A stretch of 53,993 bases of DNA from a virus. Taxonomy: Duplodnaviria > Caudoviricetes. Shown here one piece after another: positions 20,414-30,128 of the stretch. Position 1 is the first letter of the stretch, and the number at the start of each line of letters is the position of its first letter. Both the position numbers and the translations under genes were made by a program. The notes under the pieces were generated by a model that saw nothing but the letters and a program-made list of their open reading frames with translations, searched no databases and was not told where the DNA came from. The DNA is taken from positions 1 to 53,993 of the IMG/VR virus record IMGVR_UViG_3300045996_002343; one strand, written 5' to 3'.

Positions 20414-20876
20414 GATTCCTGCAGAGGGCCCATCCACTCTGCAGATGCTACATGCCGCCGCTCTCTGCCCTGATCTGGTGGGCCAGGTAAAGATTTGGGC
20501 TGCAGGGGCTGAGAAGGTCCACCACGATGCTGCAGTGAGTGCCCCAGCGTTTATCTGGAGACTATTCTGGGCTTGCGGTATTGAGGTCCCCTATGCACAT
20601 ACGGTAAGCAACCTCGAGCTAGGCTTCAAAAGAGCTGGATGGAGAATGCTGTCGGCAGCTGCTCCTATAGAGCCCTGCGACATATATCTGCAGGCCAATG
20701 AAGAGGGAATCCTGATCAACATTGGATTGGTAGTAAAAGTCGGAAAGGACTTCTTTACAGGGCTTGACGGATCTGTGGTAGAGCCTTACTATCCGAAGAG
20801 GATTACCAGATCCGAAGTGGTGTACTTCATGCGTTGTGGGTGTAAATACCGTAATGCCATCTCCAGTCACTCCTGA
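20373..20876 (+). CDS. Degenerate NlpC/P60-CHAP-like protein
   Basis: Pattern SAPAFIW..F..CG, PCDIYL, NIGLVV, TGLDGS resembles the fold, but catalytic Cys/His are not evident. Confidence 0.35.
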   Translation: MDMEQPLTAEAPLKIPAEGPSTLQMLHAAALCPDLVGQVKIWAAGAEKVHHDAAVSAPAFIWRLFWACGIEVPYAHTVSNLELGFKRAGWRMLSAAAPIEPCDIYLQANEEGILINIGLVVKVGKDFFTGLDGSVVEPYYPKRITRSEVVYFMRCGCKYRNAISSHS

Positions 20877-22521
20877 ATGTACCGTAGGATACACCTGGAA
20901 TCCAACCAGGAAGTGCTGCGAGTATGATGATATCTCTGAGAGCTGCAGAGACGGCCAGGGCTTCTGGAACTTTACAGAAGGCCGTTGCGACAACGAGGGA
21001 TATCCACCAGGGGCTTTCTCGGATGTAAGGCTCCACTCTACCTACTTCGCTGACAATTCAGGGACATGGGATGATCCAATTACCCCTGTATACTATACCG
21101 ATGAAGTAGACGTCGACTATACTAACTGGCCCTCTAGTCGATTCTGGGAAGGAGTCCCGAGTGGTGATACTGTTCGATCGCTGTCACAGGAATGTGGAGA
21201 CCTCATCAGCGGAGCAGGTGTAGCTACAGGCTTCCCTCCAGAATCTGGAGAACCTCCGTACTGTCGTGATGCCTCCGGAAATATAGTCACTTGTGATGAG
21301 CCCAACCCAGTTGATCCCTTCTTTCCTCCCTGCACTAATCCTATAGCAGTATGGGAGTGTTGGACCTATTGGGATCGATTCACCGGGCAATGCCATGAGG
21401 CTATAGTACCTATAGGCAACAGGAACACCGGAATAGGCTGCAATACACTACCAAACTCAGACAAGGGAATCCAATACGAAGTTGCATGGAGTGATGCTAC
21501 TCCCTATGCAGATTGCACAGCTCCTAACGGGTATCGAGGGGCTATTGTTAATCTGGACTGTCCGGGAGATCTCATTCCAATTGTCCGAACCACTACCTAC
21601 GACTATGGTGGGGATCCAGAACTCCCGACTACCAGACCCTACCCTACCACAGTAAACGAGGGGACTCTAGACACCTGCCGAGTAGCAGTGAATCCCACCT
21701 ACTTGGAAGGATCTCCAGATAATCCAACTACTGACTGGGTTAAAGCATCCCTGACTCTTGACAAATCGACAACCGGATCTTGCTACGAGCCCCAGGCTGC
21801 ATGGTGTCCGGCTCATTATGATGGATCACCTCCAAGTTGCGAACCTGAATGTCTCGATGGAGAGTGTCCGCCTAACTTTACCTATGACCCTCTTACTGGG
21901 ATGTGTATTCCAGATGTGGGGGATCACTCTAATGCTGCCTGCCTACATATTACCTCTCATGGCCGCCGCTACATAGTCTATGACGATGCCGGAACAATCA
22001 GAATCAAGGTTGCTTTGTTTGTTCAGGCTCCTTCGATTGCAGATCATGAAGTGGCTGCGGGCGAAGACAACTTTAGGCCCTACGTCACTTCTGAGAAGGC
22101 AGATCGATTGGTTGTTCTGTATGATCGGGAAGATAAAATCTACCTGTCATACTCCGCGGATAAGGGAGCTACATGGCTGCCAGAGGAAGAATTCATGGAT
22201 GGAATCGAAGGGGCCATTCTTTACGAGCCACCCGCCGGCGGACTCTTTGTTATTGCTCTGAGGCCGACTTTAGGAGATCCGGATATCTATTCTCTCTTCG
22301 CTAGGTGGAAGGGACCTGGAGAAGCCTCCTGGGGCTTAGAGTTTGAACCTCAACTTGACGGAGTCGGAGACTTCGCGCTGGAGAAGAGTAATATCGATCT
22401 GGCCATTTCTCCCAGCGACGCATCCAGACGGTGGATGATGACAGCCACCAAGGACGACGGATCTCTTTCCCTGTTCACCTCAAACGATAAGGGACATACC
22501 TGGACAGAGGTAACCATTTAG
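20854..22521 (+). CDS. Cys-rich tail protein with C-terminal Asp-box (BNR) propeller
   Basis: Many Cys in the N-terminal two thirds; Asp-boxes SADKGATW and SNDKGHTW. Confidence 0.6.
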   Translation: MPSPVTPECTVGYTWNPTRKCCEYDDISESCRDGQGFWNFTEGRCDNEGYPPGAFSDVRLHSTYFADNSGTWDDPITPVYYTDEVDVDYTNWPSSRFWEGVPSGDTVRSLSQECGDLISGAGVATGFPPESGEPPYCRDASGNIVTCDEPNPVDPFFPPCTNPIAVWECWTYWDRFTGQCHEAIVPIGNRNTGIGCNTLPNSDKGIQYEVAWSDATPYADCTAPNGYRGAIVNLDCPGDLIPIVRTTTYDYGGDPELPTTRPYPTTVNEGTLDTCRVAVNPTYLEGSPDNPTTDWVKASLTLDKSTTGSCYEPQAAWCPAHYDGSPPSCEPECLDGECPPNFTYDPLTGMCIPDVGDHSNAACLHITSHGRRYIVYDDAGTIRIKVALFVQAPSIADHEVAAGEDNFRPYVTSEKADRLVVLYDREDKIYLSYSADKGATWLPEEEFMDGIEGAILYEPPAGGLFVIALRPTLGDPDIYSLFARWKGPGEASWGLEFEPQLDGVGDFALEKSNIDLAISPSDASRRWMMTATKDDGSLSLFTSNDKGHTWTEVTI

Positions 22522-22526
22522 CAGCC

Positions 22527-23672
22527 ATGCCAGCCATCAGCTACAACTATACGGCCGTCAACTGCCCTATTCCGCAGGCTCCAAGCTCTCTCATCAATCC
22601 TGGGAGCATCACACCCGACTCGGAAATGACGGTCCATGAATACATCAACCTGGGAGAGGTCCTAGAGGGACTCAACAAGCACAACCGCAACACGATCCGC
22701 CAGGAAGCTTCCTCCCGCTTTGGAGGGGGTGGCTACGCAACTGCTTGGGGATTAGATCTGGAAGAGGTAGGGGGGCTAACCGGAAACATCTCGGATGGGA
22801 TTGCCCTTCTAGACGGCCCAGTAATCCATCCAGCGGATGAAAGCATCACGATTCCCAACTCCACAGCGCGATACTGTGTCTACTTCGACCAGACCGGTGG
22901 ATATCAGGGGATCTCTGGACTAGGAGCTCCAACAGGAGTCGCAACCTATCTCGGTTCCTATACAACCTCTGCTGGAGCAATCACCGAGCGAGATTACTCC
23001 GGCCGCATGATGAAACTACCTGGTGGTATGCTCTACCGAAGGACAGCCGACTTGGGAATGCCTGCCGACGGAGGATCACTTCCTGCGGGCATTCAATTCC
23101 TGAATCGCGGAGGTGATGGTAGCCTCTACCTCTGGGATGGAACCAAATACTGGCCTCTCAGCCCCCAGCCCAATCCTGCTGGATTCGATCACATCGATAC
23201 CTTGGGAGGTCAAAGGACTTTCTTGGGGGCTATGGGCAACCTTACTTGGGCCACGGCCAACAGGGCTATCCTCTGCCCAGTACGCCCCAGAATCGATACT
23301 CTGGTCACCAAATTAGTCTGGCGATCAGGAACAACAATGGCTGGGAACTATGATGTGGGGATCTATACCCAATCAGGAACTCGGCTATGGTCGAAAGGAT
23401 CCACTGCAGCTCCAGCTACGGCGACCAACACCATTGAAGTGGTAAGCCCATCGGTACAGCTAACAGGTGGAGAACTCTACTACCTGGCAATGGCCTGGGA
23501 CGGGACCACTCCGGTAGTTGTGGGGTTGGCACCTACCACTTCACAGCAACAGGTCAACATCGATAACCAGAACGACATCCTATCGGTGTTGAGTGCCTTT
23601 CCACTGCCCAACCCAATAGCTCCAGGAGCCACCGCATCCTCGTTGATCCCGTGGATGAATCTGCGAAAGTGA
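22527..23672 (+). CDS. Putative tail fibre/receptor-binding protein
   Basis: Last gene of the tail module; LYLWDGTKYW motif followed by a beta-rich C-terminal domain. Confidence 0.55.
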   Translation: MPAISYNYTAVNCPIPQAPSSLINPGSITPDSEMTVHEYINLGEVLEGLNKHNRNTIRQEASSRFGGGGYATAWGLDLEEVGGLTGNISDGIALLDGPVIHPADESITIPNSTARYCVYFDQTGGYQGISGLGAPTGVATYLGSYTTSAGAITERDYSGRMMKLPGGMLYRRTADLGMPADGGSLPAGIQFLNRGGDGSLYLWDGTKYWPLSPQPNPAGFDHIDTLGGQRTFLGAMGNLTWATANRAILCPVRPRIDTLVTKLVWRSGTTMAGNYDVGIYTQSGTRLWSKGSTAAPATATNTIEVVSPSVQLTGGELYYLAMAWDGTTPVVVGLAPTTSQQQVNIDNQNDILSVLSAFPLPNPIAPGATASSLIPWMNLRK

Positions 23673-23810
23673 TAAGGTGATATGGTGGTGGGGGTGATTT
23701 CTAAATCTATAATAGATTTCTACCAGGCCTCGTTGTACTAGTCTATCACAGGCCTGGTACAATTATCTATAGCTTTTAAGCACCACCCCCATCTCCCTAT
23801 CACCTTATCA
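23670..23810. repeat. Long imperfect palindrome B (related to palindrome A)
   Basis: TGATAAGGTGATA (23670-23682) / TATCACCTTATCA (23798-23810); TACCAGGCCT (23721-23730) / AGGCCTGGTA (23750-23759). Confidence 0.8.
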
Positions 23811-23830
23811 ATTGTTATTGAGGTAAGCTT

Positions 23831-23890
23831 GGTAAAGACTATCAAAGTACCACTTGATTGTTCCCTATGCAATGCTATATAATTATAACA
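23831..23890 (+). promoter_or_regulatory. Sigma70-type promoter with conserved upstream box (primase operon)
   Basis: TTGATT 23854-23859, 18-bp spacer, TATAAT 23878-23883; near-copy at 30057-30116. Confidence 0.75.
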
Positions 23891-23918
23891 GCAGCAGCAC
23901 CTCGAGAAACCTCTTGAT

Positions 23919-26309
23919 ATGACCCCGCGCGAAGACCTGCAAAACTCCGGACTCTCCGATTCCACGATCGCTCTGATGAGAGTCGCCTCTATTTCGGCAG
24001 AGGACCTCCACAACCGAGGAATCGTAGCCGAAGGTGGCTATACGATTCCTTACTTCGACTTTCAAGGGAATCCCATCCCCGATGCCTATCGAATCAAACT
24101 TCTCCCAGCCATCATTGGCTCGAAGGGGAATCAGGTCAAGTATCTTTCCCCGAAGGGAGGATCGAACCATGCTTATCTCCCGCCAGGAATCGATGAAGAT
24201 TCTTGGCTGGATCCTGGAGTGCCCCTTGTTATCACCGAGGGCGAGAAGAAGGCGGCTGCGGCTGCTCAGGCGGGGTTATGTTGCATGGGTCTGGCGGGAG
24301 TTGACAGTTGGCGAACTCGCACGGTCCGAGTTGGTGCGGCCCAACTCTCTAAAAAGGGCGATGAGTATAGTATTCAGGTCCGCTCCGACGAGACGATTGA
24401 GGTTCTCCAGGAAAAGGTAATTGAAGAGCTCCGGATCCTGCCTTTGGAAGAGCGGCAGGTATTCATCTGCTTCGATAGCCCCGATAGCCTCACGAATCCG
24501 AATGTCCAGAGGGCGGCCTTCGAATTGGCAGTCTGGTTACAGGATTCAGGGGCAGATGTGGTTCAGGTGGTACTGCCACTAGCAGCCGATGGCTCAAAGG
24601 TAGGATTGGATGACTATTTCCTTACGCATACGGAAGAAGACTTCTGGCAACTCCCAACGACGTTTCCTTCTCATCCGAGAATCAAAGTCTGGCTTCGGCG
24701 GACGCTCGATGATAAGTTCCTTAAACGCTCTGGAATGGTCCGTTGTGCACGTGCAATACTTAACGTCCTGGACACCAGAGGGCAGCGATACGTCGATCCT
24801 GATACCGGGTACTTCTATTACTACGATACGGAGACGTCCATACTACACGAGTTCGGTTGGGGGTCTCAGGATATCAAACAGGCACGGCTTTCGTCATTTG
24901 GTATTCTGCTCCAGGACGTATTCGGCGTGGGAGCGACAGATACGACACTCATGGGTCGCATCGCCGATCTCTATACCTCAGGGAAAAAGATACGTTCGAT
25001 CAAACCGCGCCGAGTGAGTTGGTGTAGCGACGATGCTCTCTACTATCAACTATCAGATTCGTTCATGGCGAAGGTAACTGCGGGCGCGATTGAAGTTCTC
25101 GACAATGGGACGGATGGGGTGCTCTTTCTATCGGGTCAGGTTGAGCCCTTACCGATCACTCCCTTCATGTCCCTATCAAGCACCGGAGCAAGCAAGCCTG
25201 TTGAGGGAGCACCCGATAAACACGGAGGTGGGCAATGGATGGAAATATTCCAGCAGGTAAACCTGCAACCGATAGCCGACATGACGATGGAAGAGACCAG
25301 GATCTTTCTGGCGGGGCTCTACTATTTGAATCCCTGGTTCCGGAGATGGAGGGGATTGATGCTCCCGATGGAGCTGATCATCTCCGAGCCAAACTCCGGG
25401 AAAACTTTTCTCTGCAACCTGCGGAGCTCGATCTACAAAGGCCAGCCCTCGCTGAACAATGCCCCTTCGAATCTGAGGGATTGGTATGCCCAGATTTCGA
25501 ATAGCGGAGGGATGTGGATCTGCGATAACGTAGGAGACCTCTCCCGAGAGATGCGGGAGCAGATGTCGGATGAAATTGCCAGGTTGGTGACCGATCCTGC
25601 ACCAAGAGTGGAGATGCGGAAGCTCTTCACGACTTCCGACTCTGCAAAGATGGCAATCGATCCTACATTCGTGATGACCGCTATCAGGAATCCGTTCTGG
25701 AAGCCAGACATCCTGCAACGCTCGATAGTGGTGCAGATGAGAGCCATTCCGAAGGGGCAGAGAGATTCCGGATGGTATCAACGGCAGATGGCTAATGGGG
25801 GAAGAGTCGAGAGAGTGAAGGATCACCTTTTGACAGCTCAAGCCTTTCTGCGAGCAGTAAGTGAGGAATGGAATGACCGATATCTCTCGAACCACAGACT
25901 CGTTCACTTCGAACAAGCGCTCCTCTGTATGGGAAAAGCTCTTGGCTCACCGGAGCTCATGGAAGGTGCTGTCTCCAAACTCTTCGGAGCTGTCCAACTT
26001 CAGATTGCAGAGTATGATCCCATTCTCGAAGCGCTCAGAGCCTTCGCCGACGAGTGGAGAGCGCTTCCTCGACATCCTGGATACATTAGGGCCGCCGACA
26101 TCGTGAACTGGGTCAGCTCGGATTTGGATTCGCGCTATGGCCATCTGAGGGTGTTGGGGAATCCCATATCTCTTGGGAAGTATATCTCCACTCACGCTTA
26201 TGACATTCAAGAGGTGGTAGGCCTCATAAGCGTCGAGAAGCAGAACCAAAAGGTCTACTACCTCAAAGACAAGGAGCCACAAAGCGATGACAGTGGGAAG
26301 ACCGATTAA
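23919..26309 (+). CDS. Primase-helicase (DUF3854/TOPRIM N-terminus, P-loop C-terminus)
   Basis: KYLSPKG, ITEGEKKA, ICFDS, KVGLDDY motifs; Walker A-like SEPNSGKT and ICDN. Confidence 0.8.
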   Translation: MTPREDLQNSGLSDSTIALMRVASISAEDLHNRGIVAEGGYTIPYFDFQGNPIPDAYRIKLLPAIIGSKGNQVKYLSPKGGSNHAYLPPGIDEDSWLDPGVPLVITEGEKKAAAAAQAGLCCMGLAGVDSWRTRTVRVGAAQLSKKGDEYSIQVRSDETIEVLQEKVIEELRILPLEERQVFICFDSPDSLTNPNVQRAAFELAVWLQDSGADVVQVVLPLAADGSKVGLDDYFLTHTEEDFWQLPTTFPSHPRIKVWLRRTLDDKFLKRSGMVRCARAILNVLDTRGQRYVDPDTGYFYYYDTETSILHEFGWGSQDIKQARLSSFGILLQDVFGVGATDTTLMGRIADLYTSGKKIRSIKPRRVSWCSDDALYYQLSDSFMAKVTAGAIEVLDNGTDGVLFLSGQVEPLPITPFMSLSSTGASKPVEGAPDKHGGGQWMEIFQQVNLQPIADMTMEETRIFLAGLYYLNPWFRRWRGLMLPMELIISEPNSGKTFLCNLRSSIYKGQPSLNNAPSNLRDWYAQISNSGGMWICDNVGDLSREMREQMSDEIARLVTDPAPRVEMRKLFTTSDSAKMAIDPTFVMTAIRNPFWKPDILQRSIVVQMRAIPKGQRDSGWYQRQMANGGRVERVKDHLLTAQAFLRAVSEEWNDRYLSNHRLVHFEQALLCMGKALGSPELMEGAVSKLFGAVQLQIAEYDPILEALRAFADEWRALPRHPGYIRAADIVNWVSSDLDSRYGHLRVLGNPISLGKYISTHAYDIQEVVGLISVEKQNQKVYYLKDKEPQSDDSGKTD

Positions 26310-26550
26310 CTACAACTACAAACCGTTCGCAACGTTTCAACAGGCTGAACTTACACTGCAAAGGGGGGAAGATGTCATCAAGTTTGAAGGGGCCCGTGCG
26401 TTCGGTCTTCATACGCAGATCGCCCTACAGCCCGATGATGGACGTCGAGATGAAGCTCTCAGTATCATCTGGGGACAAAACTCTCCCAGGACCGATGCAG
26501 TTTCAGGGCCTGCTGAGATTTCCCCCGCCGGGCTCCCCTTCGGGACCTAA
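26287..26550 (+). CDS. Hypothetical protein
   Basis: AAGGAG RBS; overlaps the primase stop. Confidence 0.45.
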   Translation: MTVGRPINYNYKPFATFQQAELTLQRGEDVIKFEGARAFGLHTQIALQPDDGRRDEALSIIWGQNSPRTDAVSGPAEISPAGLPFGT

Positions 26551-27001
26551 ACCCAAGAGAGGCCGCGGAAGGCCAAGCAAAGGCCACGGAGGAATGGGCA
26601 ATGCTACAACCGAGACAGCCCAATCATCGGCAGAATCCCAGGAGAAGATCGTCAAGAGATTCTGGAAGTTTGTTGATACTGGTGGTGAGGATCCTAACAG
26701 CGATTATCCTGTTCCGCCAGGAGTGGTCGCTGGGTCAGTGGATCATCGCTGCTGGACGTGGACAGGTACACGTAACGGAGATGGTTACGGACAGCTCACT
26801 GTTGACTGTCAGCAGCGTCTGGCTCATCGCGTTAGCGTTGCACTTCATCAAGGCTCGATAGACTACAACCAAGTAGTCCTACATGCCTGCGACAACCCTT
26901 CCTGCGTCCGGCCGTCACACTTAACTCCTGGGACACAATCCGAGAACATGCAAGATATGGTCGCTAAAGGTCGCGACCGCTGGAGGCATCAACGACAATG
27001 A
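26495..27001 (+). CDS. HNH endonuclease (start uncertain; frame open from 26372)
   Basis: CWTWTG..NGDGYG, AHRVS, VLHACDNPSCVRPSHL..GT.SEN..DM..KGR. Confidence 0.85.
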   Translation: MQFQGLLRFPPPGSPSGPKPKRGRGRPSKGHGGMGNATTETAQSSAESQEKIVKRFWKFVDTGGEDPNSDYPVPPGVVAGSVDHRCWTWTGTRNGDGYGQLTVDCQQRLAHRVSVALHQGSIDYNQVVLHACDNPSCVRPSHLTPGTQSENMQDMVAKGRDRWRHQRQ

Positions 27002-27285
27002 TACATGCACGAGAAGACTACAACAGGATCCAGGATCCGGCTCTGGAGGATTCCTCTCTCCTGGGGCCAGGATCAACTCCTATCGGTAAGGACGAGCCTG
27101 TGATTCTCTTCCGAGCCCAAGACAAGCACTTCGTTCAGATTTTGAACTTCTACTACGAGACACTGGAGAAGTTCGGAGAGGCCGAGGCAGACGTCTTCGA
27201 GTGCTTAGAGAATCATATGGTTCTGGCCGAGGAGTGGCAGGACAACCATCCAACCAAGGTTCCTGACCTGCCAAAAACCCAGTAA
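26998..27285 (+). CDS. Hypothetical phage protein
   Basis: Coupled start; DEPVILFRAQD motif. Confidence 0.6.
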   Translation: MIHAREDYNRIQDPALEDSSLLGPGSTPIGKDEPVILFRAQDKHFVQILNFYYETLEKFGEAEADVFECLENHMVLAEEWQDNHPTKVPDLPKTQ

Positions 27286-27318
27286 GAATGTACCTGGGAC
27301 ATCAATTCAAAAATCCAC

Positions 27319-27347
27319 TTGCATTTGCAATCAAATTGTCGTATAAT
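27319..27347 (+). promoter_or_regulatory. Sigma70-type promoter
   Basis: TTGCAT, 17-bp spacer, TATAAT in an AT-rich intergenic gap. Confidence 0.7.
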
Positions 27348-27413
27348 TTAATTGTGAATGCAGCAGAGCAGATTCAATAGTGATTCTGCCCTCGATCAAG
27401 GAGTGCAACGAAA

Positions 27414-28076
27414 ATGTCCGCAGTAGATGCAACCCCCGCAGCGGCTCCGGCAGCTGAAGTAGCCAAGGCTGTTATCGGGATCCAGTTGAATGATCCCCGT
27501 GAAGGTAAAGAGGGGCAGTCGATTGCCCGCCGACAACTCTGCCGTGAGCTGTTCCAAGGTGTCGGCGTTGAGAAGCCGATGAGCCGTGGCCTGATCGTCA
27601 AGTATCTGGCCGAGAAGTGCAACCACACGACTTCTCACCAGGTAGTGTTTCAGGCAACTCAAGGCCTGGAGCAGAACGGTGAAGTAGCTGCCAATCCCCG
27701 ATCCGGTGGCGGAGGTGGTGGTGGTACTCAGAAGACGATCAACGTCCCAGTTCTCGACGAGAAGGGTCAGCCCACCGAGACTCGTCAGGATGTCGGCCAG
27801 CGCGACTACATCTACGAGCTCTTCAAGTCGGGTCGCTCTCGCCGAGCCGTTCAGGACTTCCTGAAGCAGTACGGGATCGAGCTGAGCTACGGTGCCATCT
27901 TCCAGTATTCCAAGAAGTACAAGGAAGCTGGCGGCAACGTGACCGTCGATGCTAAGGGGGGCGGTAAAGGGGCGGCTGCAGCAGCAGCGATTAGCCCGGA
28001 TCAGGCACAGGCAGCCCTTGCCGGCGATCCCGACCTGGATGAAGAAGATGACGATGGCGGCGACGACATCATTTAA
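27414..28076 (+). CDS. Putative DNA-binding protein with two HTH-like repeats and an acidic tail
   Basis: Two related helical units separated by a Gly linker; resembles the small HTH proteins of the early region; AAGGAG RBS. Confidence 0.55.
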   Translation: MSAVDATPAAAPAAEVAKAVIGIQLNDPREGKEGQSIARRQLCRELFQGVGVEKPMSRGLIVKYLAEKCNHTTSHQVVFQATQGLEQNGEVAANPRSGGGGGGGTQKTINVPVLDEKGQPTETRQDVGQRDYIYELFKSGRSRRAVQDFLKQYGIELSYGAIFQYSKKYKEAGGNVTVDAKGGGKGAAAAAAISPDQAQAALAGDPDLDEEDDDGGDDII

Positions 28077-28605
28077 GTCACTCATCGATGCAAGGATTAA
28101 GCGGGAGCCTCTCTGGAGGCCTCCCGCTACCTTGCTTGCCCTGGATCCTGGTGGCACAACTGGATGGTCACACTTCAATAATGGGGAGCTTGCTGCCTTC
28201 GGGCAGATAGCTCATCCAAACAACGATGAAGCCATATACGATCTGATCCTTCACGTGAAGCCCGATCAGCTAGTGATGGAGGAATATGTCCTCTATCCCT
28301 GGAAGATGAAGCAACAGGAATGGTCGGATTTTCCAGAACCCCGCCTCATAGGGGCCATTCAGTTCATGTGCAAGAGGCGGAAGATTCCCTGCATGATGCA
28401 GGGAGCGAACCTGGCTAAAGGGTTCTGCACGGACGACAAGCTCAAGAGCTGGGGATACTTTCCAGCATCGGCGAAACACGCGAGGGATTCTATTCGACAT
28501 GGCTGTTACTTTCTCCTCTTCAACAACGGAAAAACGGGAGTACCTAGCCGAGCGAATAGAGGCTCACGGGGTGGCGGATCTTCGAGCCTTGTCGAGTCTC
28601 CGTGA
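28054..28605 (+). CDS. RuvC-like Holliday junction resolvase (start uncertain)
   Basis: LALDPGGTTGW, LVMEEY and HARDS motifs of the RNase H fold. Confidence 0.75.
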   Translation: MAATTSFKSLIDARIKREPLWRPPATLLALDPGGTTGWSHFNNGELAAFGQIAHPNNDEAIYDLILHVKPDQLVMEEYVLYPWKMKQQEWSDFPEPRLIGAIQFMCKRRKIPCMMQGANLAKGFCTDDKLKSWGYFPASAKHARDSIRHGCYFLLFNNGKTGVPSRANRGSRGGGSSSLVESP

Positions 28606-29899
28606 CTATCAAGTAGAGGGAGCATTCGAGCTCGAGCAAAAGCGGCGGTTTCTCCTTCTCGATACCATGGGCCTGGGTAAGACAATCCAAACGATTGTTG
28701 CGCTTCAGGCCCTTGGTTCTTTCAACACGCTGATTACCTCTCGCCGCTCTACCTTGAGTGTGTGGCAGGATGAAATGGAAAAGTGGTGGCCAGCATGCCA
28801 ACTGGTTTCGTGGGAAGGATCTCCAAAGAAGAGGGAGAATATCTGGACCAACTACCAGTCGCTTACGTGCACACGTGCACTCCTAGTGACTATGGACACA
28901 CTGGCGTCCCTGCCGTCGAAGCATTTCATATCGACAATCGTGGACGAGTGCCACAAAGCGAAGGGACGCAACACGAAGAGGTTCAAGAACCTCCAGCAGA
29001 TCAGGTCGGAAAACTTATTTCAATTAACGGGTACACCTACATCGCATTCCGGGGCGGACCTGTTTACTTACTTGAATCTGATTGACCCAAAAAACTTCGG
29101 TTCATTCTGGAACTTCGTTACTAAATATTTCGCCTGCGAACAGGGTGAGTGGGGGGAACTCAAAGTTCTAGCTGTCAAGAAGCCGGAAGAGTTCCGAGAG
29201 CTAATGCAGCGATATGCCCTTCGGAGAGAAAAAGATGTGGCAGGACTACCACCAAAGACCCTTCAAGCTATCCGAGTTGATCTCCCTCCGGCAACACGCC
29301 GACTCTACGACGAGTTTCGCAAGACCAGGCTGATAGAATATGAGGATACCGTCCTCATGGCCTCCACACCACTAGTCAGAACAACTAGGGAGAGGCAGCT
29401 CTTGGTCAGTCCTAGAATTCTGGGTTTCGATCTGCCGTCGCCAGCAATTGATGCAACTACCGAGATCACTTGCGACGCGCTTGATGGAGGTGAATCGGTT
29501 GGAATCTTCACTCCGTTCAGAGGAGCCATTCCATTTATCCAAGAGGCTCTTATCAGAGGAGGCGTTAGAGAGGATCAAATTTTTGTTGTCGAAGCCGGGG
29601 GAAGTGATACCGTTGCCAGTTTTCAAAGAGCTCCCAAAGAAGGAGTTATCATCTCTACGCAAGCGATGGCGGAAAGCTGGACAGCGACTAAGGCGTCTGT
29701 AGGGATAGCCTGCGGATACGACTGGTCACCTGTTACCAATCAACAAGCAGAGGATCGCCTACACCGCATCGGTCAGAAGCGTGGAGTGATCTTCTACTAC
29801 ATCCTCAACAGGAACACACTAGACGATCACGTCATGGACGTGCTTAACGGGAAGACAACGTGGCATAACCTAGTAACAAGGGCGGCTCAAGATGTTTGA
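28499..29899 (+). CDS. SNF2-like SF2 helicase
   Basis: DTMGLGKT, VDECH, LTGTP, QAEDRLHRIGQ. Confidence 0.9.
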   Translation: MAVTFSSSTTEKREYLAERIEAHGVADLRALSSLRDYQVEGAFELEQKRRFLLLDTMGLGKTIQTIVALQALGSFNTLITSRRSTLSVWQDEMEKWWPACQLVSWEGSPKKRENIWTNYQSLTCTRALLVTMDTLASLPSKHFISTIVDECHKAKGRNTKRFKNLQQIRSENLFQLTGTPTSHSGADLFTYLNLIDPKNFGSFWNFVTKYFACEQGEWGELKVLAVKKPEEFRELMQRYALRREKDVAGLPPKTLQAIRVDLPPATRRLYDEFRKTRLIEYEDTVLMASTPLVRTTRERQLLVSPRILGFDLPSPAIDATTEITCDALDGGESVGIFTPFRGAIPFIQEALIRGGVREDQIFVVEAGGSDTVASFQRAPKEGVIISTQAMAESWTATKASVGIACGYDWSPVTNQQAEDRLHRIGQKRGVIFYYILNRNTLDDHVMDVLNGKTTWHNLVTRAAQDV

Positions 29900-30041
29900 C
29901 GATCTGTTAGGAATCATCGGCCAGTCGATGGGAATGGTACTGGCTATGGGCATGTTTGCCTTCATCATCCTGTTGGTAGTGGTAGGGATCCTGGCCCTGA
30001 TTTTCATGATCAAGGGCCTGTGGCGGATGTTCGGCCTCTAA
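29892..30041 (+). CDS. Small membrane protein (49 aa, not in ORF track)
   Basis: MFDDLLGIIGQSMGMVLAMGMFAFIILLVVVGILALIFMIKGLWRMFGL; overlaps the helicase stop. Confidence 0.6.
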   Translation: MFDDLLGIIGQSMGMVLAMGMFAFIILLVVVGILALIFMIKGLWRMFGL

Positions 30042-30056
30042 TCAAGAGGGTTATCT

Positions 30057-30116
30057 GGTAAAGACTATCGATGTACCACTTGATTTTACCTATCGAAATG
30101 CCGTATAATTATAACA
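30057..30116 (+). promoter_or_regulatory. Sigma70-type promoter with conserved upstream box
   Basis: GGTAAAGACTATC..GTACCAC, TTGATT (30080-30085), 18 bp, TATAAT (30104-30109). Confidence 0.75.
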
Positions 30117-30128
30117 GAGAAAAAGCAA

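Noticed and set aside
25176-28178. Long antisense ORFs (e.g. 25176-25916, 27396-28178) and similar ones elsewhere
   Set aside because: They are shadows of well-supported genes on the opposite strand and have no motifs.
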